From Mytilus edulis (taxonomy: Eukaryota): a DNA stretch of 64,000 bases. Shown here one piece after another: positions 1 through 12,957 of the stretch (its first letter is position 1; each line of letters begins with the position of its first letter). The notes beneath the pieces are model-generated. The model did not search any database, had not been told where the DNA came from, and saw only the letters and a list, made by a program, of their open reading frames with translations. A program made the position numbers and the translations under genes. The DNA lies in contig NC_092347.1 of assembly GCF_963676685.1 (NCBI RefSeq), forward strand, positions 2,356,001 to 2,420,000, given 5' to 3'.

Positions 1-430
1 AAAATCTTTTTAAATATCGAGTTAAGTTGTCCTCGTGATGAGTTATCAATATCACTAAACCACTGTTGTACAAACTGTACACAAAGTATTTGTTTTAGTA
101 CATTTTATCACAGTGCAATGTAGCCCGTTTGATTGGCAAACATTTAACCAATGCCAGTTGTATTTAATATTGCTTCTATATAATTTACCCTTTGAAAGGT
201 GTATTTAGATTTAGGCTTTAAACCAAGCATCAGTTTATATAATAAACTACGTTCATTATTTACAATTTGACACCAATATATAATCATTCTCGTTTTCCCA
301 TTTATTTTCAGAGGAAATCTACCCAATTCTCCATAATCCACACTTAGGCATTGTGATCTCAACTTTCAGCGCCTTTTTCAGAATTTCAAGTGAGTCTCTT
401 TGATTATTTTTAGATTTTTCAAAGCCCCAT
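1..430 (-). pseudogene. Degenerate LINE ORF2 3' fragment
   Basis: ORF 144..362 carries YGELGRFPL, a motif typical of the post-RT region of LINE ORF2; paralogue at ~9900..10535 (YGEYGRFPL). Confidence 0.6.
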
Positions 431-1258
431 TTTAAATACATTTGTTGTAACTGACAACTATTCAAATTAAGAGAGTTGTGAAATGTATGTATTTAATCCC
501 GGATCAATTATAAACAGGTTTCACTATATATGATGACAGTTCTTCTAGTGTGGTTGCATATTTTACCATCGGTTCTAATGCTTCTCTCAGCTCTTTTGCA
601 TTTGTTGTCTCTCTTTGTTATCAGCGAAAAAATATCTTAATGACTTAACGGTAGTGTGGGGGTGCCTGACTAAATGCAACTATAAAAACACATACAATTG
701 CACACTCTCAATACAGTTACCTTTAGATTCTGATTAAATGATGACACATTAAAATGATTCCTAGGTACATTTGTACTTATCACATCCATTGTATTTTTAA
801 CATTATTTTTATCTCTCTTAAGATAAGATGTGTCATGAAAGCAAATGACATAACTTCAAACAGAGACAAAATGACATAGAAATATTCTTTTTGTCTTCTA
901 TAATATTAAGCATTAAAAGTATTTTTCTCAATAATTACAAATCTCATGTGGTTAACACATCATTATGACTAGAACTCTATAGGTAAAAGACAAGAAGTAG
1001 CTGGAATCCATTAAGAAACTGCTGTAAACTTGTCTAATATTTGTCATAGATATAAGAAGATGTGGTGTGAGTGTCAATGATGTTTATTTCATTCTACGTC
1101 ATAAGGTATTCAATAATCCTGTTATTCTGTTTAATTCATAACCAGACATCTCAATGTTTTCAAGATTTTTTTCCTTAAAATAATTAAAATTGACAATGGA
1201 AATGGAGAATGTGTCACAGAGACAACAACCCCACCTAAGGACAGAAAACATATACCAT

Positions 1259-1634
1259 TCTCTTGAACTGAATTTTAATGTGCGTAATGTTATTGTTTTA
1301 CTTTTCTACATTGGCTAGAGGTATAGGGGGAGGGTTGAGATCTCATAAACATGTTTAACCCCGCCGCAATTTTGCGCCTGTCCCAAGTCAGGAGCCTCTG
1401 GCCTTTGTTAGTCTTGTATGATTTTAAATTTTAGTTTCTTGTGTATAATTCGGAGTTTAGTATGACGTCCATTATCACTGTACTATTATGCATATTTTAG
1501 GGGCCAGCTGAAGGACACCTACGGGTGCGGGAATTCTCGCTACATTGAAGACCCATTGGTTGCCTTCGGCTGTTGTTTGCTCTATGGTCGGGTGGTTGTC
1601 GCTTTGACATATTCACCATTTCCTTTCTCAATTT
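1259..1634 (+). mobile_element. 3' tail fragment of PLE family 1
   Basis: Near-identical to the reverse complement of ~23580..23955. Absent from the paralogue at ~11945 (catataccatatataact); 'cat' is duplicated at the junctions. Confidence 0.85.
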
Positions 1635-2599
1635 CATATATAACTATCGTCAAGAATCAAGATCATGTTGGGAGTATTCCAATCGATTTAAAAATTGAAA
1701 CATGCGGCTGGCGCAAATACAAAACTTTTATCCTGATATATATGATGAGTTTATTATTAACACCCTCAAAAAGAAATAAATCCTTCAAATGTTCAAAAAT
1801 TTTCCTTAAAAGATTTTCAATGAGCTAATGATCATTATTTGCTTTTAACGTATAAAATGTGTATCTTTAAGTTGTGTTTTACATACCTCCAATTTTTTTT
1901 CTACTTGAATTCTTATGATGGCAATTAACAGCCACATTCCACAGCTTGTTGTGGTAATAAAAATCTTTAAAATCACCCAATATGTCTGTTTAGTCTGATA
2001 GCAGTACATTTAACTATTGGTACAACTAAACAATCAAATAATATGGATGCAGGATTATTGAATAGTGGACACAAGTCGGACTATTCTATCACTGGTTTGC
2101 TAACGTTATCAAAATATTAAGTCAAGAAAGTAGGACCACCAATACCTATTTATTTTGTTGTGTTGATGACAATAACTAAAATGGACCTTTGATCACATTA
2201 TAACTAAAAAGTGAGGACTGTTGGTCACATGGTGACAGAAGATAAAACTGAAAATGTTATTGCCCATATGATTCAATGTAATCTATATGGTATCATTGTC
2301 ATTATATATGAGAACGAAAAAAAGTTTATAAACATCCAATGAAGTATATAAGGTTAGACCTTAAGTTTTCAAAGGAAAATAATTCTTTTAATTGACTTAT
2401 CGGATTCCAGAATTTATCATTGGAGCTGTGATTTTTATTCAATTGAGTATGCATGCCCAATCTCGTTCAAATTGGCCTTGCAATTCCACTGGAATTGACA
2501 TCATGATAAAACTACATAGTAACAGGGTAATGAGTAATTGCAATAGTTTATAAAGATATCATTGAGCCAGATGAACTAATAGCATTTATAAAAATCACT

Positions 2600-3480
2600 T
2601 ACACTTTATCAGTGTACCCTTACAGTCTTAAATGAATGCAATCCAACATGGAGACAGATAAATGCAGCTGTCCCACAGGGCTCAATTGTATGTCTTTCGT
2701 CGTTAAAATCTTAACAACGAAATTGTAACTGATATTAAAGCAAATATTAAATATTTTGCAGATGACACAATTATCCATATTACGGTAGACACCCCTGCTC
2801 AGATTCTGAATAGAGATCTGAACAAGATTCATATGTGGTCCTCTGTGGTCCTCTTAACTTTATTTCACAAAAAACAAAACCCCTAGTTACTTCAATTAAT
2901 CCTAGTCATCTGTTTTTAACAATGAATGACAATGATCTTTAAGAAGTTGCTACTCATAAAGTCTTAGGTATTATTTGTTTTCAAATAATGGGTTATGAAA
3001 TAATCACAATGAATGTATAGTCAAACGAGTATAGAATAGAATAAATATCCCAGGGAAGGTCGTTTATGCTCAATGGGTTCACTTTAGAAAAAGTGTCTAT
3101 TTCATATATTCAACCAATTCTAGACTACGGGAATGTCATTTGAGATAATCAAACACAATGTTTGATTAATAAAGTAGAAAATGTTCTAATTAAAGTAATG
3201 ATAATTGTAACTGGTAGGAACAAATTAACTTAGATACAGATACGTTATGAGGAAACAGGTTGGGAAACCCTCTCAGAAAGAAAGGAAAAACACAAGCTCA
3301 CTATGTTTTATAAAATTGTGAATAAGAAAACTCCGGATTATTTACAAAACTTGGTACCAAATCAAAAAGTAAATTTGCAGAACCATTTCACATGTGAGAC
3401 TTAAATTATTTCGAAAACGGCACAAGAACAAACCACTACTCCAATTTTTTTCATTCCTTCGTCTATCAAATTGTGGAATA
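2600..3480 (+). pseudogene. Degenerate LINE (CR1-like) RT fragment
   Basis: Remnants encoding VPQGS (~2670) and YIxPILDYG (~3105); the paralogue 12440..12900 has GVPQ and LFDDDSS. Many frameshifts and stops. Confidence 0.6.
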
Positions 3481-3694
3481 AGTTAGAAGAACAATTTAAT
3501 TCTTTTCTTCTTTGTTATATTTTTATTATTTTCATTAATTTCAAGTTATATTTTCCCTCACTTTCTTTGATATGTTGTAACTTATTCATTCTAGTTCAAT
3601 ATCATTGTTACATAGCGTGCTATATTTACGTAATAGTTAATTGGAGTTGGTATTTCATAGAAACAGAGTAATGTAAGCTATATATTAGAATGGT

Positions 3695-3963
3695 ACCTAC
3701 CGAATTAGACTATTCACCGGATTTGTCATAACATAAGCAACGCTACGGGTGCCAAATGTGGAGCAGGATATGCTTACCCTTCCGGAGCACCTGAGATACC
3801 CATATTTTTTTTGGTTGGGTTCGTGTTGCTTAGTTTTTAGTTTTCTATGTTGTGTCTTCTGTACTATTATTTGTTTCTTTGTCTTTTTATTCTTAGCCAT
3901 GGCGTTGTCAGTTTATTTTCTATCTATGAGTTTGACTGTCCCTCTGGTATCTTTCGTCTCTCT
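3695..3963 (+). mobile_element. 3' UTR fragment of PLE family 2
   Basis: Matches the reverse complement of 38875..39140 (cctaccgaattagactat...gagtttgactgtccctctggtatctttcgt). Confidence 0.8.
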
Positions 3964-4429
3964 TCTATGTACTGCTTGTTTTCAAATCACATTTTAATTA
4001 TGTATTTTTGTATGATGTTATATTTGTAATGATGACGAATAAATATGAAACTAAGTCCAATAATAATTCCGTATAGAAAGACAGTAAGAGAAACGGAAAT
4101 ATTCATAAGCTTAGGAACTAAGAAAAGCACTTAAAGTGATTGGTTTATACATAGTAACTTAATTGCACCGAAACTCATTGCGAATGTCAGATAATTTATT
4201 ACAAGAATACAAAGTGTGAATATAAGGATCCTTGAACAATTAACCTCATGCATCACCTAGATGAACAACAGTTTTTTGTTGTATGAACAAAAATTTACAA
4301 GGATACTAATGTTATTTGCCTATTTTAATAATTACAGAAGTATAATGTAACATACGGTTAAATAACCTAAATCAATTAAGAGACACACATATTATATCCA
4401 AATAAGTGAAATATATATATATATAAAAC

Positions 4430-4760
4430 AAGAAATGGACTAATTTACCACTAACCAAACATAAAAATATCATTGATAGATTTATATGCAGATGATTTAA
4501 TTCAAAGTTATCAAGTGTTATAATGAACAAGAGTTAAATGATAACCTTCAAAATTATATTTACAAAATTGAAAATTGTTTTCGGAAATTGTATGAAACTA
4601 AATGCCAAATTTTTTTAATCAAGGATTAATGGGTTTAAACAGATGCTTTATTCAACTGGGAACAGTTTGGATATCAATATTTCAGATGAATGATTAGACA
4701 CTGTATATTATGTGAAACTTCTTGGTTTTTTTTTTATCAATTATAACCTAAATTAGAATG
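4430..4760 (+). pseudogene. Degenerate LINE RT fragment
   Basis: Encodes IDRFIYADD-like and MKLNAK/KLLG remnants; paralogue at 13780..14260. Confidence 0.5.
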
Positions 4761-4920
4761 AGCAAAATGAGATTATTCTCTTAAAATGAATATTACTTAT
4801 TTTATGTATTGGTTGGTGTTTAATAGAAATAATAAGATGGGTTATGGGTCCCAACGGGACAACTCCCTATCAAAGTAATAATTTATTTAAAAGTTAACAC
4901 TTATAGGTCATATTATATCA

Positions 4921-5077
4921 AGCATAGATAACCTTAGCCGTATTTGGCACAACCTTTTTGAATTTTGTACTTGTTTGGCTTTCTAACTATTTTGATATGA
5001 GCTTCGCTGGTGAGTAAATGTAGGCTAAACGAGCGTCTGGCGTATTGAATTATTAGCCTAGTACCTGTAATATCTAT
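4921..5077 (+). mobile_element. Degenerate family-1 retrozyme fragment (hammerhead core mutated)
   Basis: Aligns to the 7292..7988 unit; the core reads ctggtgag...ctaaacgagcgtc instead of CTGATGAG...CGAAACGCGCGTC. Confidence 0.7.
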
Positions 5078-5324
5078 CATAGGTCAATGCCAATTTCAGC
5101 TTTCTGTGCTATTTGTAGTGATAAATTTTTACTTAGAGAGAAAGCTTGAGTGCCTGTAGAGAACCACTGTCATTCAGTTGGAGACTGACAACACTTTGTA
5201 CATAAATTCCTCAGATCTACTTAAGAAGCTTTCACAAATCAAGAATAATAAATTCATTATGAACAATACAAAAACTTCACCTCATAACAACGGTTATCTC
5301 ATCATAATGTCATTACTAAAATAC

Positions 5325-6880
5325 ATAGTTATCTTCTCATTGTGTCATATCACTAAAATACAGAGTTCTATACTCATAGTGTCATCTATAAAATACAAAG
5401 TTATCGAAGTTATCTCCTCATAGTGCCATATATAAAATACAGAGTTATCTCCTCATTATTTCATATACCTAAAATGCAGAGTTGTCTCCTCATTATTTCA
5501 TATAACTAAAATATAGAGTTATCTCCTAATAGTGTCATATAACAAAAATACAGAGTTATCTCCTCATAGTGTAATTACTAAAATACAGAGTTATCTCCTA
5601 ATAGTGTCATATAACTAAAATACAAAGTTATCTCCTCATAGTGTAATTACTAAAATACAGAGTTATCTCCTAATAGTGTCATATATAAAATACAAAGTTA
5701 TCAAAGTTATCTCCTCATAGTGTCATATATACAATACAGAGTTATCTCCTCATTATTTCATATACCTAAAATGCAGAGTTGTCTTCTCATTATTTCATAT
5801 AACTAAAATACAGAGTTATCTCCTAATAGTGTCATATAACAAAAATACAGAGTTATCTCCTCATAGTGTAATTACTAAAATACAGAGTTATCTTCTAATA
5901 GTGTCATATAACTAAAATACAAAGTTTTCTCCTCATAGTGTAATTACTAAAATACAGAGTTATCTCCTAATAGTGTCATATAACTAATATACAAAGTTAT
6001 CTCCTCATAGTGTAATTACTAAAATACAGAGTTATCTCCTAATAGTGTCATATATAAAATACAGAGTTATCTCCTCATTATTTCATATAACTAAAATACA
6101 GAGTTATCTCCTCATAGTGTTATTACTAAAATACAGAGTTGTCTCCTCATTATTTCATGTAACTACAATACAGAGTTATTTCCTAATAGTGTCATATAAC
6201 TAAAATACAGAGTTATCTCTTCAAAGTGTAATTACTAAAATACAGAGTTATCTCCTAATAGTGTCATATAACTAAAATACAAAGTTATCTCCTCATAGTG
6301 TAATTACTAAAATACAGAGTTATCTACTAATAGTGTCATATATAAAATACAAAGTTATCAAAGTTATCTCCTCATAGTGTCATATATAAAATACAGAGTT
6401 ATCTCCTCATTATTTCATATCACTAAAATACAGAGTTATCTCCTCATAGTGTTATTACTAAAATACAGAGTTGTCTCCTCATTATTTCATGTAACTAAAA
6501 TACAGAGTTGTCTCCTCATTATTTCATGTAACTAAAATACAGAGTTATCTTCTAATAGTGTCATATAACTAAAATACAGAGTTATCTCCTCATAGTGTAA
6601 TTACTAAAATATAGAGTTATCTCCTAATAGTGTCATATAACTAAAATACAAAGTTATCTCCTCATAGTGTAAATAAAATACAAAGTTATCTCCTCATAGT
6701 GTAATTACTAAAATACAAAGTTATTTCCTAATAGTGTCAAATATAAAATACAAAGTTATATCCTCATAGTGTCATATACAAAATACTAAGTTATCTCCTG
6801 ATAGTGTCAAATATAAAATACAGAGTTATCTTCTTATAGTGTCATATATGAAATACACAGGTTTCTCCTTATAGTGTCTT
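5325..6880. repeat. Minisatellite with 35-37 bp monomers and higher-order structure
   Basis: Units such as aaaatacagagttatctcctaatagtgtcatataact (37 bp) and aaaatacagagttatctcctcatagtgtaattact (35 bp), roughly 40 copies. Confidence 0.95.
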
Positions 6881-7323
6881 ATAAATTAAAAACATTAACA
6901 TTCCTGGTTGATTATTTCCACTTGATTATTTTATTAGAGTTCAAGATCCTTTTCAATTACATATCACTTAAGCCGTGAAAATCTGTCCAGGCCTGATTAT
7001 TGAACTCAAGTTGAATGTGTGGAACCAACCATATACAGAGAATATAGGGGGAATTACAAAACAAATCAATGAACCATGAAAATATGCCAAGGGATTTGCT
7101 AATTAAAGTAAAAACTTAACATCTTAAGTGTCTTCATGCAAAATATAGATTATTGTTTACCTCTGTCTACTGACAATTATCTTAAATAACAATAAAACGA
7201 AAGTTATGTCAATGCCATTTGTCCGTGTTGAAACAAAACACTATTTCAACACCAAAGCACTACATGGCAGTTGACAAACGAAATTAGAAAATAGTTATCA
7301 AAGGTACTAGGATTATAATTTAA

Positions 7324-7370
7324 TATGCCAGACGTGCGTTTCGTCTACATAAGACCCATCAGTGACGCTC
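7324..7370 (-). ncRNA. Type I hammerhead ribozyme, A9G core variant (probably impaired)
   Basis: Minus strand gagcgtca-CTGATGG-gtct-tatgt-agac-GAAA-cgcac-GTC-tggca. Confidence 0.75.
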
Positions 7371-7677
7371 AGATCAAAATAATTATAAAGCCAAACAAGT
7401 ACAAAGTTGAAGAAAATTGAAAACCCAAAATTCCAAAACGTTGTGCCAAATACGGTTGAGGTAATCTATTCCTTTGATAAGAAAAGCCTAAGTTTTTCGA
7501 AGAATTCAAAGTTTTGTAACAGGAAATGTATAAAACCGACCATATAATTGATATTCATGTCAACACCGACGTGATTACTACTTGGCTGTTGATAACATCG
7601 GAGACGAAACGTCCACCAGATGTGGCATCGACCCAGTGGTGTATATAGTTATCAAAGGTACCAGGATTATAATTTAA

Positions 7678-7724
7678 TACGCCAGACGCGCGTTTCGTCT
7701 ACATAAGACTCATCAGTGACGGTC
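7678..7724 (-). ncRNA. Type I hammerhead ribozyme, intact core
   Basis: Minus strand cgtca-CTGATGA-gtct-tatgt-agac-GAAA-cgcgc-GTC-tggcg: stem I cgtca/tggcg, stem II gtct/agac, palindromic stem III acgcgcgt. Confidence 0.9.
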
Positions 7725-9483
7725 AGATCAAAATAGTTATAAAGCCAAACAAGTACAAAGTTGAAGAGCATTGAGGACCCAAAATTTCAAAACAATGTGC
7801 CAAATACGGCTAAGCCTTCGTTTTTCGAAAAATTCAAAGTTTTGTTACATGAAATTTATAAAAATGACCATTTAATTGATGTTCATGTCAACACCGAAGT
7901 TCTGAATACTGGACTGGTGATTCCCTAAGAGACGAAACGCCCACCGGCAGTGGCATCGACCCAGTGGTGTAAACAGTTATCAAAGGTAAGTAATTCTATT
8001 AACTAAACACACAGAAAACTAAAGAACTGGATTTTTGATAATTATTTTTCCTTTTAGACAACAGTTTTTAAAAATTCCACTCATATAGAAATATTTGGGT
8101 AAATATCTACTTCATAATTGACATAACAAATCCTTTGATGATTAAATCATTACCAATAATATGTGGTCAACTTACACAAAGTTCTCAGAAGACATACTCC
8201 AATTTAACAGACTAAAATACAAAAAATAGACACCAGGGACTTTTGTTCATTTGTATTGATCATTGTTAAAATAACACCACTATTATTCTCACACTTTCAA
8301 CAGTTCCATGAATGGGACCTGTTTACTTAATGGGCTAGAAAAATTAGGTGACTTCTTTTTTGCATTTTGGTCATGACACATTTTGAAACCAGAAAAAGAG
8401 TATTAGAAAGTATTCCTGTATTTGCATTTAAGGCAATAGATATGTTTGAACGTACTGAAGTCACCATAATTACTTTGGTTAAGGCTCGAAACAAATTCTA
8501 ACAATTTTATCTGTGTGCTTAAAATGTTAAAAAGATGTATGTAAATGGTCGTCATGCAGTTTCGTCAATGCCACTAGACTATTCATTATTTGGCTTTTTT
8601 CACTTTTTGATCAGAGTCTTTTGTGGATGATAGAACAGTCTGGCTTACAAAATCTATCAAGCAAATTTCATACCATACACCAAAGAACCAATTTACAATT
8701 TTGAAGATTGATCAATGACCCAAAATGCTAAAATACAATAAAAATAAATTAACCTGAAGAGAAAAGTAACATCGAACTTGTTTAGTAAATAAAACAACCT
8801 TAGAAGATTTAATAAAACTAATGTTCTTAGTAACAGTGTCCTCAGCTGAAGACTGAATAAAGTAAATCGAAATGTAACCAAATTTATTCCATTATGGTCT
8901 GGAGTAATTCCACACATTTGTATGGTAATGGATACATAGTCTCAAGGTTTCATCCATTTTATTTTGCCATATTATAGACTATACAAAAAAATACTTTCTT
9001 TTCAAGCACAAGATATTTCATCAATTAAATTTTTTTTTATATATTTAAACAAAATCTACAAATGATGTGTCTTCTATTTTCTGTCATTTTGATGTTGACA
9101 TCATTTTACCTAAGGGGCATATACTTCCGAATAGAGACAAAGAATGAAATAAACCTTATGTAATATGTTCTTTCTTTTTGTTCAAAATTCAAGATTTAAT
9201 GGAATACTCAGACCTAGATACATGTGTAACATTAGATTAATGATAATAGCAAACATAAACATAACGAATTAAACATGTGGTATTAATAATATAGATAAAG
9301 CATATAGATTTAACAATATTATACAAATATGTTTTTCTACATTTTCAGATCGTTATTCTTTTGAAAAATACAGAAAAAAGTATAAATGGTTATACATTAC
9401 ATGTTGAAAGAAGACCATCCATTTTTAACTAGGATTCACTGTGTAGTAGATTGGTAGAAACTTTATCTTTAATACAAACATAT

Positions 9484-9745
9484 TTTGATAATTGCATTTA
9501 ATGAATGGCTATTATTTATTTTGAATTTATTGAACCATAAAATTAATTTTTGACTCTTCCCATTGAATAATCCCTCAGTTTTAGTTTGTTACCCCGATTT
9601 TGTTTTTGTCCTTGGATTTATGTGTTTGAACATAGGTATGATACTGTTGCCTTTATGTAAAATGTGAAGAGTCAAAAATTAATTTTATGGGTCAATAAAT
9701 TCAAATAAATGATTGCCATTCATTATAAATAATTTCTATCAAAAA
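9484..9745. repeat. Inverted repeat with ~80 bp arms and ~95 bp spacer
   Basis: aatgaatggctattatttattttgaatttattgaaccataaaattaatttttgactcttc vs gaagagtcaaaaattaattttatgggtcaataaattcaaataaatgattgccattcatt. Confidence 0.75.
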
Positions 9746-10547
9746 TAAGACTCAAAGAACTTTTTATATTATTTATATTACCAATAACAACGTACGTACA
9801 CACATGTTGGCGTATGAATACACAAAGTCAGAGTGAGCGTGTCGCCATAAAAATTGACAACATTGAAAATAAAACTAATACTTTTAACCAGAAGACAGTA
9901 AATGCACCAAATTTATTTATTTAAAAAACAAATGAAATTCATCGCCACTTTTACCCCTACACAAAGTACATATTCTATCATGCCTCGGAATATTTTGCCA
10001 TCTGCCTGTTTAAATAGGCAGACGCAGATTTGAATACCTAAAGTGTGTGATCAAAAGCCTGCAATATTCAGGAAGTTTTAGAAGATATGTTTTTAAAGTA
10101 AAATCTTTTTAAATATCGAGTTAAATTGTCCTCGTGATGATTTTTTAATATCACTAAACTACTGTTGTACAAACTGTCTAAAAAATGTTCAATTTAGTAT
10201 ATTTTATCACATCATAATGTAGCCCGTTTGATGGCAAAACGTTAACCAATGCCAGTTCTGTTTAATATTGCTTCAATATAATTTACCCATTTAAAGGTGT
10301 ATTTAGATTTAGGCTTTAAACCAAGCATCAGTCTATATAATAAACTACATAGCTTTGATTCATTATTCACAATTTGACACCAATATATAATCATTCTCGT
10401 GTTCTCTTTTATTTCAAGAGGAAATCTACCATATTCTCCATAAACCATAGTTAGGCGCAGTGTTCCTAACTTTCATCGCCTTTTTCAGAATTTCAAGTGA
10501 GTCTTTTCGATAATTTTCAGGCTTCCAAAGCGCCATTTTAAATACAA

Positions 10548-11289
10548 CTAGAACACACCCGTGATATCACCGGTCCGTGACTGAATTAAAGTATACAACT
10601 ATGCACAAGCCTTATTTTAGTATTAGTATTGTCATCTGATAAAGTCATGCCGATTATAAGATACACAGTTTTTCTCTGCTTTCAAGTCTTTCTGTTTGAA
10701 CCCGTCGAACTGAAACAATAATATTAATTATTTGGAAAACAAAAGGTCCTGGGATGGAGTATTTTTTAATCAACAGCATTGTCCTATATAAGTTATAAAT
10801 AAAGTTGAATTCTTTGCTTCGCTGTTTTACGTCATGCCCACTAACAAATTGAAAACTGTACCTATACGCCTTATTTTTAGTCCAGATTTTTAGTATTCGT
10901 ATTGTTATCTTAGAAAGTCTTACTGATTAAAATACTACAATAGGTAACAATTTGACAATTTAATAGTGTCAACCCTGTGGTTATGCCCGTGTATATAGCA
11001 TATTAATCCTGAATACAACGTTTGGTGGTGCGCCTGTCAGATGCGGAACGTACAGATAAGGTAATAGGTAATAGGTGAATATACTATTGGTATGGGTAGC
11101 GGACTCGACCCGGAACTTCTTAATTATAGGCAATTTTAATTACGTGGAAAACAAAAGGGCCTGGAGTGGTGTAATTTTTAATCTACACCTTTGTACTATA
11201 TTAGTTATATATAAAGTTGAATTCTGTGATTCGTCGTTTTTACGTGATAACAGCTGACAAATTGGACCTCGTAATTTTAGTATTATATA
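10548..11289 (-). mobile_element. Non-autonomous Helitron
   Basis: The minus-strand 3' end is CTAG preceded by the palindrome ccggtgatatcacggg; the 5' end is tatataatact. Inserted at A|T with no TSD; empty site at ~433..455 (aaatacatttgttg). Confidence 0.8.
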
Positions 11290-12957
11290 TTGTTGAAACT
11301 GACAACTATTCAAATTAAGAGAGTTGTGAAATGTATCTCTTTTACATTTCTTGTCTCTCTTTGTTACCAGCGAAAAACTATCTGCATGAATAAACGGTAT
11401 TGTGGGGGTGCCTGGCCAAATACACCTATAACACATATACAATAGCACACTCTCAATATAGTTACATTAAGACTAAAGTTAAATGATGACACATTAAAAT
11501 GATTCCAAGGTACATTTGTATTTTTTAACATTATTTTAATCTCTCTTTAAATAAGATGTGTTATGATAGCAAATGACATAACCTTCAACCAGAAACAAAA
11601 TGACATAGAAATATTCTTTTGGTTTCTATAATATGGATTCACTAAAAGTATTTTTCTCAAATAATTACAAATCTGATGTGGTTTACACATCATTATGACT
11701 AAAACTCTATAGGTAAAAGACAAGAAGTAGCTGGAATCCATTAAGAAACTGCTGTAAACTTATCGAATATTTGTCATCTTCATTTTAGTCTACGTCATAA
11801 GGTATTCAATAATCATGTTATTCTTTTTAATTCATAACCAGACATCGCAACGTTTACAAGATTTGTCTCTTAAATAATTAAAACTGAGATAGGAAATGAA
11901 AATGTGTCAAATAGACAAAAACCCGACCAAAGGACAGAAAACATATACCATATATAACTATGTCAAGAATCAAGATACTGTTGGGAGTATTCCAATCAAA
12001 TTAGAAATTGAAACGCGCGATTGACACAGATACAGAATTTCTATCCTGGATGACTTTATTCATTGATACCCTCAAAAAGAAGTAAATGCTTCAAATTTTC
12101 TAAAATATTCCTTACAAGATGTTCAGTGAGCTATTGAACATTATTACAGTATGTATACATTTTTTATCATTACATACCTCCAATTTCCTTAAAAGTGTTT
12201 TTGCTCTTTTGAATCTTGTGATGCCAATAAGCAGCAACATTCCACAGCTTGTTTTGTTAGTAAAAATCCTGCAAAATTAATTATTCTGGATAGTCTGATA
12301 AAATCTTGTTCAAATTGGCCTTGCAATTCAACTGGAATTGACATCATGATAAAACTACATAGTAACAGGGTAATGATTAATTGCAATAGTTCACAGAGGT
12401 ATCATTGAGCCAGATGAACTAAAATCATATCTCGAATCAATTAAACTTTATTAGTCTACCCTTACAGTCTAAATGGGAGCAACTCAACATAGAGACAGAT
12501 TAATGCAGGTGTCCCACAGAGCTCAATTTGAGCTCCACTTATTTTTTTAAAAACTTAATTAACTCCATAGTTACTGATATCAAAGCAACTGTAACATTAT
12601 TTGACGATGACTCAAGTATTTATCTCACAATAAACATCCCTGAAAAAATTAATGAGATTCTTAAGAGAGATCTGAACAAGATTCATATGAAGTCCTTATT
12701 TGTATTTTAAGAGGCTTGTAATCTTTTATTCACAACAAGAACAGAAACCGTAATCATTTCAAGCATTCAATAAAACCTGGTCATCCATCTTAAAAATTAA
12801 AAGGAATGACAATGATCTTAAAGAGCCAGGTTGCTACTCATAAACACTTAGGTTTTATTTTTTCAAATAATGGGTTATGGAAAACATACATTTAATATAT
12901 TATAGTTTAACGAGCACACATGTAGGAAGGTGGGTTCCATATAAGCTATGTACATAT

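Larger units (their letters stand above)
1..5300 (+). repeat. Segmental duplication copy 1 (paralogue ~10100..15450)
   Basis: Colinear matches: 1 vs 10100 (aaaatctttttaaatatcgagtta), ~2460 vs ~12305 (tcaaattggccttgcaatt), ~4150 vs ~13580, ~5186 vs ~15320. The copies differ by independent TE insertions. Confidence 0.85.
7292..7988 (-). mobile_element. Tandem family-1 retrozyme, ~2 monomers of ~350 bp
   Basis: The motif agttatcaaaggta recurs at ~7293, ~7647 and ~7976; the two hammerhead cleavage sites are 354 nt apart. Confidence 0.9.

Noticed and set aside
1500-1570. HDV-like or hammerhead ribozyme in the PLE family 1 UTR (ggggccagctgaagga...ttctcgc)
   Set aside because: I could not build the P1/P3 pairings or a CUGANGA/GAAA core.
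3697-4029. Recurrent short ORFs such as EQDLLTLPEHLR (also 33449, 35184, 38839)
   Set aside because: Incidental frames in the PLE family 2 3' UTR.
8600-8655. Possible decayed hammerhead (gagtcttttgtggatga...gtctggc)
   Set aside because: Too degenerate to support.
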